Source: an uncultured delta proteobacterium
GTDB lineage: Bacteria; Desulfobacterota; BSN033; UBA1163
Length of the DNA: 64,000 bases
Assembly (NCBI GenBank): GCA_963827685.1
Contig: CAWHBU010000004.1
Coordinates: forward strand, 768,001-832,000
Direction: 5' to 3'
Part shown: piece by piece, positions 34,113 to 44,224 of the stretch
Numbering within the stretch: position 1 is the stretch's first letter
How the letters are laid out: each line of letters opens with the position of its first letter
Notes under the pieces: model-generated
What the model saw: only the letters and a program-made list of their open reading frames with translations
The model's database searches: none
What the model was told of the DNA's origin: nothing
Position numbers and translations under genes: made by a program

Positions 34113-35972
34113 ATGGCGGGAATCATCATTGAATTGACCGTTGACGATAAGGGCACCGTCAAGGTCAAGCAATTTACCGACGAGGCAAAAAAAGCCTTCG
34201 ACCAGATGAAGAAAGGGCCGGAGGATGCGAAGGGGCCTCTCGCATCGCTCCAGGAAGGCTGGGTTGCCCTGACCGCGAAAATCGCCGTAGCGAGTGCCGC
34301 GATCTATACAGTCGTTAGAACCATCTCATCTCTTGTGGCCGAAGCCGCCGAGTTCGAAGCCAGCGAAACCCGACTCGGTTTTGCTGTGGACAGGGCCGGA
34401 TACTCATGGAATACCTGGAAATCCTACGTCGATGCCTGGAACGAGAGCATTGTTAAAACGACCCTGTTCACCGATACCCAGGCGAACCAGGCGCTCGCCA
34501 GGATGCTCATGTACACGACCAATCTCACGGAGGCACAAAAAGGCGCCCGCCTTGCGATGGACTTATCGACGCGCTCCGGAGAACCTCTCGAGGAGACTCT
34601 CAGGATGATCGGCATGGCCATGACCGGCAACGTGGAGATTCTCGGAAGATATTTCCCTCAGTTTCGGAATCTGAACACCATCCTTGGAGAGAACGCATCT
34701 CTCGACACAAAGGCAGCCTATGCCATGAAAGTCCTGACGGATCAATTCGGCGGCATGGGAAAACAGTTGCCGATCTTCAAGGACGAGGTCACGGAGTTTA
34801 ACAAATCGTGGGGTGACACGAAAAAACTTTTCGGCGAGGATTTGTTGCCGCCGATCACGGCAGTCTTGAACATATTCAAGGGCGCCCTCGAGGAGATACG
34901 GGCGTTTAAGCAGGAGCTAAAGGAAGGGTATGGTCTGCTGGAAGAAAAACCGACCCCCCAGAAAGGACCAATGGCCATTTTTACGGTCGACGAAGGCCTG
35001 CCGGAAAAGATCAAGACAACTGTCCTCGATCCTTATGCCAAATACAAAAAAATTGTCGAAGAAGTAACTGCGGCCCTTGAATCCACCATTCAGATAGAAG
35101 ATGAGCGCGGCCAGGTTGCAATGGGCCGACAAGAACTTATCGAGATGGGATGGGTAAAGGAAAAAAACTTGGTCGAACAGGTTAAGGAGGAACTCACAAG
35201 ACTCGACTCAGAGATGAACGAGTGGGGCGAAGTCAGTGTGGCCAGGCAAGAGTTAGTTGAATCAGGATGGAACAGGGTCAAGGATGCACAATCTGAGACG
35301 AGAAGAATCCTAACGGAGTATGCGAAGACCTTTGGGGATACGGCTCTCGAACAAAAAATTCGCCTTGAAGAACTTGCGGTCGAAACGGAAAAACTTCAAA
35401 GGCTTGGCGTTCCCCAGGAGGCGATACAGAAATATACCCAGGCTGTGAAATCAAACATGAGCGAGATGACATCAACCTGGCAGGAACTCGGGAATAATAT
35501 CAATTCGGTCTGGAGCGAAAACGTGACGGGAATTCTGAAGGGGACAACGACTATTAAGGATGCCTTCAAGAATATGGCGACCGGCATGGCTGATGCCTTT
35601 ATCAGCGCGGTCACAAAGATGATTGCAAACTGGATCCTCTTTCAAAACGTCCAGGGGACTTACAAGGTAGGCCAGGGGTTAATTGGCTTGATTGGCGGTA
35701 TTTTTGCTCAAGAGGGCGGAATTTTCAATCAACCCACTCCTGCGATCATCGGCGAGGCGGGTCCCGAAGCCGTCATCCCTCTCAAGGGCGGTAAGATCCC
35801 GATCGAGGGCAGCCAGGGCCAGACAATCATCAATCACAATTATTTTGGGGTCACTGACGCTGAAGGCTACCGGCGCATGGCGCTGCAAAATAAGGATCTA
35901 CATCAAGGGATGGCCTTAGCAGCTTTTTCGGAAGGCAAAAGACGAAATCTTAAGGAATTCAGAAATAGGTAA
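34113..35972 (+). CDS. tape measure protein
   Basis: IIIELTVDDKG start, helical composition, C-terminal FAQEGG...IGEAGPEAVIPL. Confidence 0.88.
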   Translation: MAGIIIELTVDDKGTVKVKQFTDEAKKAFDQMKKGPEDAKGPLASLQEGWVALTAKIAVASAAIYTVVRTISSLVAEAAEFEASETRLGFAVDRAGYSWNTWKSYVDAWNESIVKTTLFTDTQANQALARMLMYTTNLTEAQKGARLAMDLSTRSGEPLEETLRMIGMAMTGNVEILGRYFPQFRNLNTILGENASLDTKAAYAMKVLTDQFGGMGKQLPIFKDEVTEFNKSWGDTKKLFGEDLLPPITAVLNIFKGALEEIRAFKQELKEGYGLLEEKPTPQKGPMAIFTVDEGLPEKIKTTVLDPYAKYKKIVEEVTAALESTIQIEDERGQVAMGRQELIEMGWVKEKNLVEQVKEELTRLDSEMNEWGEVSVARQELVESGWNRVKDAQSETRRILTEYAKTFGDTALEQKIRLEELAVETEKLQRLGVPQEAIQKYTQAVKSNMSEMTSTWQELGNNINSVWSENVTGILKGTTTIKDAFKNMATGMADAFISAVTKMIANWILFQNVQGTYKVGQGLIGLIGGIFAQEGGIFNQPTPAIIGEAGPEAVIPLKGGKIPIEGSQGQTIINHNYFGVTDAEGYRRMALQNKDLHQGMALAAFSEGKRRNLKEFRNR

Positions 35973-35975
35973 AGA

Positions 35976-36056
35976 AGACCTCAGACCTTAGACTTTAGAC
36001 CTCCGACTTTAAATCTTTCAGTCTGGAGTCTGAAGTCTATAGTCTGATGTCTGGAG
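35976..36056. repeat. AGACYTY/AGTCTGR heptamer palindrome
   Basis: AGACCTCAGACCTTAGACTTTAGACC...AGTCTGGAGTCTGAAGTCTATAGTCTG. Confidence 0.8.
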
Positions 36057-36064
36057 TTTGAGAA

Positions 36065-37096
36065 ATGGCGCTAACTCTTCCCCACGACAATGAGCTAATC
36101 CTCGAGTATCCGTATCAGGAAGACCTAACCTTCAAGACCGTTATATCGCAGGCCGAAAATGGCGTGGAGCAACGTCAACAGCGCTGGAGCCAGGGCAAGC
36201 GCACCTTCAGCCTAAAATACATGAATTACAGAAAGCATCTCAACAGGCTCTACAATTTTTATACGCTGTGCGCCGGCTCGGCAAAATCCTTTAATTTTCA
36301 ACCCGTGATCGATCCGCTCCTTCCCTATGATCAAACCACCATCTGGCTTCCTCTACATGAAGGAGGAGGAGCCAAAGTGGACGATTGGAATGGTTATATT
36401 TTTCCGGCCCTGACCTGCAGGTTCATGGATGACAATCTTTCGCTCGAAGAATTTTCGGTCAGACTTCAGCGGATCGGGATTAAGATCTACCAGTTCGAGC
36501 CGATCGTTTTCACCAACAACTATGGAATATTGACCGGCGGCGCGTGGAACCTGTGCCCGGACTACAGTTCGTGCATCTCCTTCAACGGATCGTCGGACTA
36601 TCTTTCTTTAGGAGATGCTGCGGATGCAGATGTAGGAACGGGGAACTTTAGCTTTGCGTTTTGCATTTATGCTAATTCTCTATCAGCGATTCTATACGTG
36701 ATGAGCAAGTATACCAACATTGGGGGTGCTGCTGGTTATGAACTCTATATAACAACAAATGGAGTGATCATATGCGTAGTTACTGATGGAACCCACACAA
36801 ATTCGATAGGGAGTGCAACTTCGGCGATCCCGAATCAGAGTTGGAAAATCGTTGCCGTGACGGTTAACCGCAGTGGGAATGGTCAGATTTATGTGAACGG
36901 TGTAGCAAGCGGTTCCCCAACGGCTATTACAGCCACTTCGACTATGAGCAACGCCACAAGCCTTTACCTGGGACGGATCGAAGGTATTGGATATGCCAAT
37001 TGCAAACTCAGGAATTTCCTCTTTGCCAAAAAAGTCTGGACACAAACCGAGCTCGATCTGATCTTCGATACATGGAGGCCGATCTTCGGAATCTAA
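36065..37096 (+). CDS. distal tail (Dit/gpM-like) protein with LamG/concanavalin-like domain
   Basis: FKTVISQAENGVEQR...W...KRTFSL; LamG motifs ISFNGSSDY, FSFAFCI, W..VAVT, IYVNG. Confidence 0.75.
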   Translation: MALTLPHDNELILEYPYQEDLTFKTVISQAENGVEQRQQRWSQGKRTFSLKYMNYRKHLNRLYNFYTLCAGSAKSFNFQPVIDPLLPYDQTTIWLPLHEGGGAKVDDWNGYIFPALTCRFMDDNLSLEEFSVRLQRIGIKIYQFEPIVFTNNYGILTGGAWNLCPDYSSCISFNGSSDYLSLGDAADADVGTGNFSFAFCIYANSLSAILYVMSKYTNIGGAAGYELYITTNGVIICVVTDGTHTNSIGSATSAIPNQSWKIVAVTVNRSGNGQIYVNGVASGSPTAITATSTMSNATSLYLGRIEGIGYANCKLRNFLFAKKVWTQTELDLIFDTWRPIFGI

Positions 37097-37099
37097 TAT

Positions 37100-37753
37100 A
37101 TGCCCACCGAGGTTACGAACACCTTCAGGGACGAAAAAAACAAGCAGGTCAATGCTCCGATAACTCTGTACGAGGTGGAGATCGACAACACGACGGAACT
37201 CGATATCGCGGAGTATGACGTCCCCGTGGTTTATGGCGGCAAGGTCTATACTCCGTTTCCCATCACCCGCGAAGGGATCCCCATGAATTTGAGTGGCGAA
37301 ATCGATATGGTGAGAGTTGCCGTCGCCAACGTGAACCAACAGATGGGCGCCTATCTTCTTGCGAATAACGGCCTCAGGGGAAAGAAGGTAGTGATGAAGT
37401 TGGTTTTCAGCAGCCTACTCGATGATCCCGATGCCCATATCGACAACGAATATTGGATCGATGGGGCGATTATAACCGAGCAGACGGCCACGTTCAATCT
37501 GACCTCGAAGCTCGACTTGCTTCAAGTACAGATCCCTTTGAGAAGCTTCATTCGCGATTTCTGTCCCTGGGACTATAAAAAACTGGGATGCTGGATATTT
37601 ACAGGAACTTATTCGCCCCCGTCCGGATTCGCCAACGCGGCCACGCAGTGCGATAAGACGCGAAAAGGAGAGCACGGCTGCGAATATCACAACAACGTAA
37701 AGCGATTCGGAGGATCCCCGACAATGCCAGCCAGAAGAGTATATGTGATTTAG
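37100..37753 (+). CDS. lambda gpL-like tail tip protein (4-Cys C-terminus)
   Basis: YGGKVYTPFPI; CPWDYK..GC...CDKT.....C..H.N..RFGG.P. Confidence 0.8.
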   Translation: MPTEVTNTFRDEKNKQVNAPITLYEVEIDNTTELDIAEYDVPVVYGGKVYTPFPITREGIPMNLSGEIDMVRVAVANVNQQMGAYLLANNGLRGKKVVMKLVFSSLLDDPDAHIDNEYWIDGAIITEQTATFNLTSKLDLLQVQIPLRSFIRDFCPWDYKKLGCWIFTGTYSPPSGFANAATQCDKTRKGEHGCEYHNNVKRFGGSPTMPARRVYVI

Positions 37754-37761
37754 GAGGCTCG

Positions 37762-38190
37762 ATGAAATTCGATAAGCAGAAATCGGATCGGATAGCGCAG
37801 GAATTGCTCAAATGCGGGTTCGAAAAGGCCGGAAGAGGCCCAGACAAGATCGACTGCATGGGCGTCATCATCATCTACATGAAGGAGTTCGGGATCGAGA
37901 TCCCGGACTATTCGCATATCAAAGATTGGGGCAAGTATGACGAGGAATACGTCAAGGCGATCCCAAAGTTGCTGCGAAAGTTGGAATCCGATGAAAAACT
38001 CAGAATAGGGGACATCATCGTTTTTCGCAACACGCAGGAGGTTACGGGCAATCTCAATCACGCGGGTATTTACCTCGGCGACAACGATTTTATCCACGCG
38101 GGCGCAAAGTTCGGGGTAATGATCGATAAACTCTATGAGCGGTTCTGGAAAGACAGAGTATATGGACATTTCCGACTAAGGGAACAATGA
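37762..38190 (+). CDS. NlpC/P60 tail assembly protein (gpK-like)
   Basis: GRGPDKIDCMG, GDIIVF, HAGIYLGDNDFIHA. Confidence 0.88.
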   Translation: MKFDKQKSDRIAQELLKCGFEKAGRGPDKIDCMGVIIIYMKEFGIEIPDYSHIKDWGKYDEEYVKAIPKLLRKLESDEKLRIGDIIVFRNTQEVTGNLNHAGIYLGDNDFIHAGAKFGVMIDKLYERFWKDRVYGHFRLREQ

Positions 38191-38251
38191 TCCAATTCGC
38201 AAAGGACACGGTAGCGATTTATAGGATGGTCAAGGAGTTCAGCAAAACCGT

Positions 38252-41200
38252 ATGATCACGGTTAAATATTTTCCCTGTATTTTTGAAGAAAAATCCTACG
38301 AGTTTGAGTCTCGAAATTCGTCCCTTGCCACCGTTCTTCTCAGCCTCATGAGGAGATTCCCCGAGATAAGAAAAGATTCGGGGAACATCTCGATCAGGGT
38401 CAACGGTAAATTGATCTCTCCTTTTGGTTGGGCCCGGACTTCGCTGAAGGATGGGGACAAGGTATTCATCATCCAAGAAATAGGAATAATCGACTGGATA
38501 TTGGAAGCGTGGATCGCCATATCCGCGGGACTTTCTCTATCTACCGTCACGGCCGCCGGTCTTTCCGCATTTACGATCGCTGGCATATCGGCCGCCACCA
38601 TCTCGACTATCCTGAGCGTCGTGCTTGTCGTTGCCTGCATCGCTTTTTCAATTTATTCGATGTGTAACAAACCCGATGCCGCAAAGGCCATCGGCGCGTC
38701 TTCCCCGACCTACGGCTGGGATGGCATCAGAACAAATATGGGTCAAGGATCGCCCGTTCCCCTGATCTATGGAGAACACATCACGGGCGGCACATTGATC
38801 GGCATTTACGTAAGTACCGACGGAGAGAAAAATTATTTGAATATGCTGATCGCCCTGGGCGAGGGAGAGATTGGCGGAATAATGAAAGAGGACCTCTCCG
38901 GCCTCTGCGCATCGAATGCCGACAATCCGTACATCAAGATCGACAACAATTTCTTAAGCAATTATGGTGCCGGTAACTATTGGTGGGACTACAGGCTCGG
39001 AACCCAGGAGCAAGAGATCATCCCGGGCTGGGAAGATATCAAAATCGTTTACGAGCCGGGGTCCCCGAGCCTGAAGGGCGACAACTACATCTATACGACT
39101 GTTGATTCCGACGTGGAAGCCTTTGAACTTGGCATTCGGTATACTCAAATGGTCGTCTATTGGCACAACCGGACTTACGCGGAAACCCTCAACCTGCGCA
39201 TCTCTCACAGGATTCACGGTACAGCCGAATGGACCGATGACGGCGTCTTTTCCGTGGCCGGCGCCACGATGTCACCGTTGAGAAGACGGTTCCGGAAAGA
39301 TGAACTTGCGCCGAATCAGTACGATATCAAAATCCATTTCGAGAGCATGGATCCGGGTTACGATTCCGATGCCTTTTTGGACAACGTTACGGAAATAAAG
39401 TATGGCGCCATCTCCTATCCATTCACCGCGGTCGTAGCACTTAAATTTCTGGCCACGGAGAAGATGAGCGGCAGTACGCCAAACGTCCTGATCAGGATGA
39501 GAGGACTCAAAATCAAAAATCTCGAAACCGAAGTCGTCGAATGGTCGCCGAACCCCATCTATGCGGTAAATGACGCGATAGTAAACGAGCGGTACGGCCT
39601 CGGCAGGTTTCTTTCCTCGGTGAACATCGACACAGACCAGCTGATCGAAGAGGCCCAGCATTGTTTCGAGATGGTGGGAGACGGAACCAAGAGGCCTGCC
39701 GACGCCGTAACCGCGACCAGCCTCACTTGCAGTAGCTATACCTTCGTGGCGGGCGATATTGGCAGGACCATCTGCATGGTGTCTCCTCTCGACTCTACGG
39801 CGTACACGAGTCTCCTGATCACGTCTTTAACCGGGGACCATCAGGCCAACGGGACGGCTGGTTGGTCGGACGGAATCCCGACGGGATCGGAATGGGAGTT
39901 CGGAGAACATAGATTCGAACTCGACCTGGTAGTGGATAGCCAGGACAACGCCATTAGCCAGATTCAGGTCATGTGTGCAAGTTTCAGATGCGCCCCTCTT
40001 TGGACGAAGAACGTGGTCCAATTGATTATCGACCGGAAAAAAACGCCGAGCTATTTATTCAATATGGGAAATATTCTCGAAGGAGCGTTCCAGCATACTT
40101 TCGGAAGCGAGAAGGAAAAGCCTACGGTCATCGAAGTAGATTTTGCAAATAGGGATTCCTACTACCAAAGGGAGGTCAGGGAGGTCGACAATAATGAAGC
40201 CTTCCTGGCGAATAATCCGAGACGCATTCGGAAACTTAGTCTGCTCGGCTGCACACGGCCTTCCCAGATATTCCGCGAGGGCAGATATCAGCTGAGAGCG
40301 GCCCAACTCCAGGACCAATCCATCCAGTTTGGCGCTATGATCGATGCGATCCATAATCTCCCAGGCGATCTGATCAAATTTCAGCACGACGTAAATGCGT
40401 GGGGCAAGGGCGGCCGCATCATGGCGGCAACCATTAATTCAATAACTGTAGATCAGGAAATCCAGATCGAGGCGGGCAAGACTTATGTCGTGACGGTCAG
40501 GCAACCAGGGGCGACGGCGGGATCTGAAATCCTGGAGACAAGGACGGTCAATAACGCCGCCGGTTATACGAACCTGCTGACGGTCTCGAGCAATTTTTCC
40601 GCCGTTCCTCAAGGATTTTCGCTCTATGCTTTTGGGCAGTCGAACGTAGAGGCCGTGCCCTTTACCATAACCAAACTCACCCGCACAAAGGACAATCAGA
40701 TGCAGGTGGAGGCGAGTCTTTACGATGTGAACGTCCATGCCGACACGGGCATAATCTTGCCCGAACCCATCTACTCGCAGCTGCCAAATCCCCTCAAAGT
40801 GCTGCCGGTCACGAATTTAACGCTTACCCAGGGCGGAAACACTCTTGACGACGGGAGCTGGTCGCCGTGGGTTGAGATCGGATTCGTCGCCCCGGACGAT
40901 CCTATTGTCGTTGCGTGGGATCATTGTGAGGTCTATATCTCGATATCTCTGGACGGCTTTGTCACGGAGGCGACGCAATTCTACGGCAATTGCACGCAGC
41001 AGAACGGCTATGTCATACGCAGCTCCTGGCTCGTAGCGGGAGTGACCCTGCGCGTGCGTCTTGTGAGCGTCAATAAATCAAATAAAAAAGGCGATTGGTC
41101 GACCAGCCCTTACGCCGATATCACGATTGCCGGAAATGCCACCGCGCCGGCGAACGTCAGTGGCTTCGCGGTGACCCAGGTGGCCGATCACTTGAATTTT

Positions 41201-42301
41201 GCGTGGAATGCCGTAACAGATCCGGACGTCGATCATTACGAAATCAGGGAGGGCGCAAGTTGGGCAGCCGGGACAGAGATCGCCTACCGGCTTTATGGTC
41301 TGGCATTTACCCTGTTCGATTTTACCAGCGGGGCAAAACATTATTGGATTAAGGCCGTCAACAGAAGCGGAATCCCTTCGGCAAATGCCGCCGGTTACCT
41401 GATCACCGTGGTGGGCGTCGATATTGGGACAACCCCGTCGGGCCTTACCGTCGATAGCACATTCAAATATATCATTTTGAGCTGGACGAATGCCTCAAGC
41501 CCAAACGTTCAGTACACCGAGATCTGGAGGTCGGACGATAATAATAGATCGCATGCTTCCTTGGTCGGCATAAGTGATGGGACCATCTTCTGGGACCTGA
41601 TCGGGACCACAGGAACGACGAAATACTATTGGATTAGAACGAAAAACCTCAACGGCGGCAACGGCCCCTGGCTTCCATCGAGTCCTACGGGCGGGGTTTC
41701 GGCAACCACGGCGCAATTGCAAACCGGAGACTTTGCCGACCTGAGCATTACCAACGCCAAGATCGCTAATCTGGCCGTTGACAGCGCCAAAATTGCTCTC
41801 CTCGCGGTTCAATCTGCCAATATCGATAATTTAACGATTCATGGGGTCAACGTCGCCTACTTTATGGTTTCGCGGGGCGTGCAGTTCTACAATGCCGCCG
41901 GGTTCAGCCTTAGCGATGCCAATGAGCACGAGATCGGAACCATCACCTTCGTGACTTTCGAGGCAGCCGATAGTATATGGCTATGGGCGTCGGTAGCAAT
42001 TACTCAATATGGATTGAGTTCGGGAAAGGGAGGGGGGCTTCCGATTCCAATTCATTTTCGGGTGCGAAGAGATTCCATAAGCGGACCTGAAGTTTGTGGA
42101 GGGACCGGATTGGGATTCGGGGCTTACGCATCGGTGGTATGGAATGATCCCCAACCAGTAATTTTGATCGGCAGCGACATTCCAGGAGGCAGTCCTGGAA
42201 ACCATGTGTATAAACTTACGGCCCAAGCAGCCTATGCTCCGGACGTGCAGTCCGCAATCACTGCCTATAGGCTGATGATGGGCAACGCAAAGAGTCGATA
42301 A
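38252..42301 (+). CDS. tail tip/host-specificity protein (gpI-like N-terminus fused to gpJ-like body, FN3 domains)
   Basis: Ubiquitin-like N-terminus (IRVNGK...LKDGDKV), PVPLIYGE, LGEGEI, YPFTA, WSPNP, FN3 repeats, ITNAKIANLAV. Confidence 0.88.
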   Translation: MITVKYFPCIFEEKSYEFESRNSSLATVLLSLMRRFPEIRKDSGNISIRVNGKLISPFGWARTSLKDGDKVFIIQEIGIIDWILEAWIAISAGLSLSTVTAAGLSAFTIAGISAATISTILSVVLVVACIAFSIYSMCNKPDAAKAIGASSPTYGWDGIRTNMGQGSPVPLIYGEHITGGTLIGIYVSTDGEKNYLNMLIALGEGEIGGIMKEDLSGLCASNADNPYIKIDNNFLSNYGAGNYWWDYRLGTQEQEIIPGWEDIKIVYEPGSPSLKGDNYIYTTVDSDVEAFELGIRYTQMVVYWHNRTYAETLNLRISHRIHGTAEWTDDGVFSVAGATMSPLRRRFRKDELAPNQYDIKIHFESMDPGYDSDAFLDNVTEIKYGAISYPFTAVVALKFLATEKMSGSTPNVLIRMRGLKIKNLETEVVEWSPNPIYAVNDAIVNERYGLGRFLSSVNIDTDQLIEEAQHCFEMVGDGTKRPADAVTATSLTCSSYTFVAGDIGRTICMVSPLDSTAYTSLLITSLTGDHQANGTAGWSDGIPTGSEWEFGEHRFELDLVVDSQDNAISQIQVMCASFRCAPLWTKNVVQLIIDRKKTPSYLFNMGNILEGAFQHTFGSEKEKPTVIEVDFANRDSYYQREVREVDNNEAFLANNPRRIRKLSLLGCTRPSQIFREGRYQLRAAQLQDQSIQFGAMIDAIHNLPGDLIKFQHDVNAWGKGGRIMAATINSITVDQEIQIEAGKTYVVTVRQPGATAGSEILETRTVNNAAGYTNLLTVSSNFSAVPQGFSLYAFGQSNVEAVPFTITKLTRTKDNQMQVEASLYDVNVHADTGIILPEPIYSQLPNPLKVLPVTNLTLTQGGNTLDDGSWSPWVEIGFVAPDDPIVVAWDHCEVYISISLDGFVTEATQFYGNCTQQNGYVIRSSWLVAGVTLRVRLVSVNKSNKKGDWSTSPYADITIAGNATAPANVSGFAVTQVADHLNFAWNAVTDPDVDHYEIREGASWAAGTEIAYRLYGLAFTLFDFTSGAKHYWIKAVNRSGIPSANAAGYLITVVGVDIGTTPSGLTVDSTFKYIILSWTNASSPNVQYTEIWRSDDNNRSHASLVGISDGTIFWDLIGTTGTTKYYWIRTKNLNGGNGPWLPSSPTGGVSATTAQLQTGDFADLSITNAKIANLAVDSAKIALLAVQSANIDNLTIHGVNVAYFMVSRGVQFYNAAGFSLSDANEHEIGTITFVTFEAADSIWLWASVAITQYGLSSGKGGGLPIPIHFRVRRDSISGPEVCGGTGLGFGAYASVVWNDPQPVILIGSDIPGGSPGNHVYKLTAQAAYAPDVQSAITAYRLMMGNAKSR

Positions 42302-42302
42302 A

Positions 42303-43643
42303 ATGCAGGGCTACGTAGCGCTCAAAAATGGGTGGGTTTCGGAAATTCAAACGGATGAAACGGGATTGGAGTACGATGCTCGCGTCGCCTCCGGCGACGT
42401 CCCGGTGGCACGTCAGGACGTAATTCGCAAGTTGATGTCTTGCCAAGCCATCATGTTTTGGGATGGTAAGCAATTCTGCCAGGTTAAGAATCCAAGAGAT
42501 ATCTGGAAGCGGATCAGATTGAACAATTTTCATGGAATTGCAGCGTCGCGCGGTTATCAACGCTGCATTGACGCACTGGATCCCAATTTCCCGGATATAC
42601 CCGCGGAGGCGGTCATCGAAATGCCGCCCCTCGAAGGGAAAAGTAGGGAACCTTCGTTTGAAACCGAATTTAAACCAGGATTGAAAGTTACCTTATCGAC
42701 CGAGGACGACCTGGGCATTTGGGAATCTTCGATGATCGGCTCCGGTCTTTATAGCAAAGACGAGGCGTGGCAGGTCGGCTCCGAATGGCTCACCGATACA
42801 ATGACGTGGCCCGTGAAGGTGACGTGGAAAGACAAACCCCTGCAGATCGAGATGTTTCACCTGGGCGCTGGGAATAGCGTTTATGGCGGCTTTGCCGCTC
42901 ATATAGACCGGACGAGACCGGGATGGTTCTGGAAACAAATGTCTTTGCCCGTGCTGAGGGCCCTTTACGCCGAAGGGTATGAAAATATCATTTCCCAGAT
43001 CAGGATCGACAAGCCAGATTATGCCAATTTTTTAGTAGAGACTTACGGCCATGAGATCCTAAAAAAGACCGATAAGGCCATCAACCTGCGGCTCAACATT
43101 AAAGAGGCAATCAAAAACATGGGCGACTGGCCGGCGCGCAGGACATTGGGCATCGATTGGAAATGGGAGGAAGGCGATGTATTGGTGAGGGAGGCGACTG
43201 AGGACGACCTTCCAGGCATTAGTGCTGCAATCGAAGAGTCATGGGGAGATAATCCAAGAAAACAATTAGCTGTTTATAACTTTGATGTTTATTGGAATTT
43301 GGATAGTGCTGCAATTCTCTTGACCTTTGAGAATGGTGTGATAACGGAAGTCCGAACATTCCGGGAAAGAAAAGATCCAAGCATTAATCTTAGAGCGAAC
43401 CTCGTAAGAACCATCACTGGTAAACCTAAACTATTTGACCTGTCTTTAATAGCTTGTGCGGAGTGGGAGAAAGCTGTTGGATATAAAACTACCTCTTTTA
43501 TTCTTGAAACCAAATTATTTGATAAAGTCAAAGATGTATGGTCAAAAAGAGGATGGACAGTCTATAGCCAGAATGCTGATATCACCGAATGCCGGATGTC
43601 GATCGGGGATGCACTGAATGCTAAGAAGCAGGCTATTAAATAA
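42303..43643 (+). CDS. hypothetical protein with probable GNAT-like domains
   Basis: VLVREATEDDLPGI start motif; two alpha/beta halves; no clear acetyl-CoA loop. Confidence 0.45.
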   Translation: MQGYVALKNGWVSEIQTDETGLEYDARVASGDVPVARQDVIRKLMSCQAIMFWDGKQFCQVKNPRDIWKRIRLNNFHGIAASRGYQRCIDALDPNFPDIPAEAVIEMPPLEGKSREPSFETEFKPGLKVTLSTEDDLGIWESSMIGSGLYSKDEAWQVGSEWLTDTMTWPVKVTWKDKPLQIEMFHLGAGNSVYGGFAAHIDRTRPGWFWKQMSLPVLRALYAEGYENIISQIRIDKPDYANFLVETYGHEILKKTDKAINLRLNIKEAIKNMGDWPARRTLGIDWKWEEGDVLVREATEDDLPGISAAIEESWGDNPRKQLAVYNFDVYWNLDSAAILLTFENGVITEVRTFRERKDPSINLRANLVRTITGKPKLFDLSLIACAEWEKAVGYKTTSFILETKLFDKVKDVWSKRGWTVYSQNADITECRMSIGDALNAKKQAIK

Positions 43644-44112
43644 TGAGGAAGCCTATTGCCTATGGGTGGCCTTTGGGATTGAAATAGGTATCATAACTCT
43701 GCGGGAAATCTACGGACCGTATTGGCCGAGAAAGCCGTTGCCGGGAGAGGTCGTCTACGAATGGCGGAAAGGAGATGATCTTGTTGCCTGGACCAGTATT
43801 AGAGAGGATCTATTGGAACCTGTTCTGCATGCACTGTTAGGGGTCTTTCCGAAACATCAAAACACAGGACATGCTCGGATGATATTCGACCTGGCAATAG
43901 GGGAAGGGTTTAGATTATTCCCGAATTCAGAGTGGGTCTTCGTAGATATCAGTAAAAAAAATCCGAGATTCTTCGACTATATGAAGCGGCAGAATTGCCG
44001 GTGGAAACAGGTCGGAGAGTTGCTGGTACCGGAGCCAGGTTACACAATCTTTGGGCTCGAAAAGGAAATCTATATTCAATATCGAAAGGCGGACAGCAAC
44101 CCGGGAGTTTGA
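43618..44112 (+). CDS. GNAT-family acetyltransferase-like protein
   Basis: GVFPKHQNTGHARMI resembles GNAT motif A; ISKKN...WKQVG. Confidence 0.55.
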   Translation: MLRSRLLNNEEAYCLWVAFGIEIGIITLREIYGPYWPRKPLPGEVVYEWRKGDDLVAWTSIREDLLEPVLHALLGVFPKHQNTGHARMIFDLAIGEGFRLFPNSEWVFVDISKKNPRFFDYMKRQNCRWKQVGELLVPEPGYTIFGLEKEIYIQYRKADSNPGV

Positions 44113-44223
44113 CCCTCCCGAACCCTGTGTTGGCACACAGTACGAGATAACCCGCTACCATCCGCCTGCATGCGCAAGGCGTTTATATCAGGGGCCGTCT
44201 CGAAGGTCAAGGGAGGGTCAAAC
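44102..44223 (+). promoter_or_regulatory. structured leader of methylase gene (alternative hairpins over the RBS)
   Basis: GTTTGACCCTCCC (44107-44119) is the perfect complement of GGGAGGGTCAAAC (44211-44223); competing local stem CGGGAG/CTCCCG. Confidence 0.55.
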
Positions 44224-44224
44224 A

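Noticed and set aside
44051-44224. Upstream start or com-like gene for the methylase
   Set aside because: GTG 44225 has a GGAGG RBS and begins at the family's first motif; no Com-type CxxC...CxxC ORF seen.
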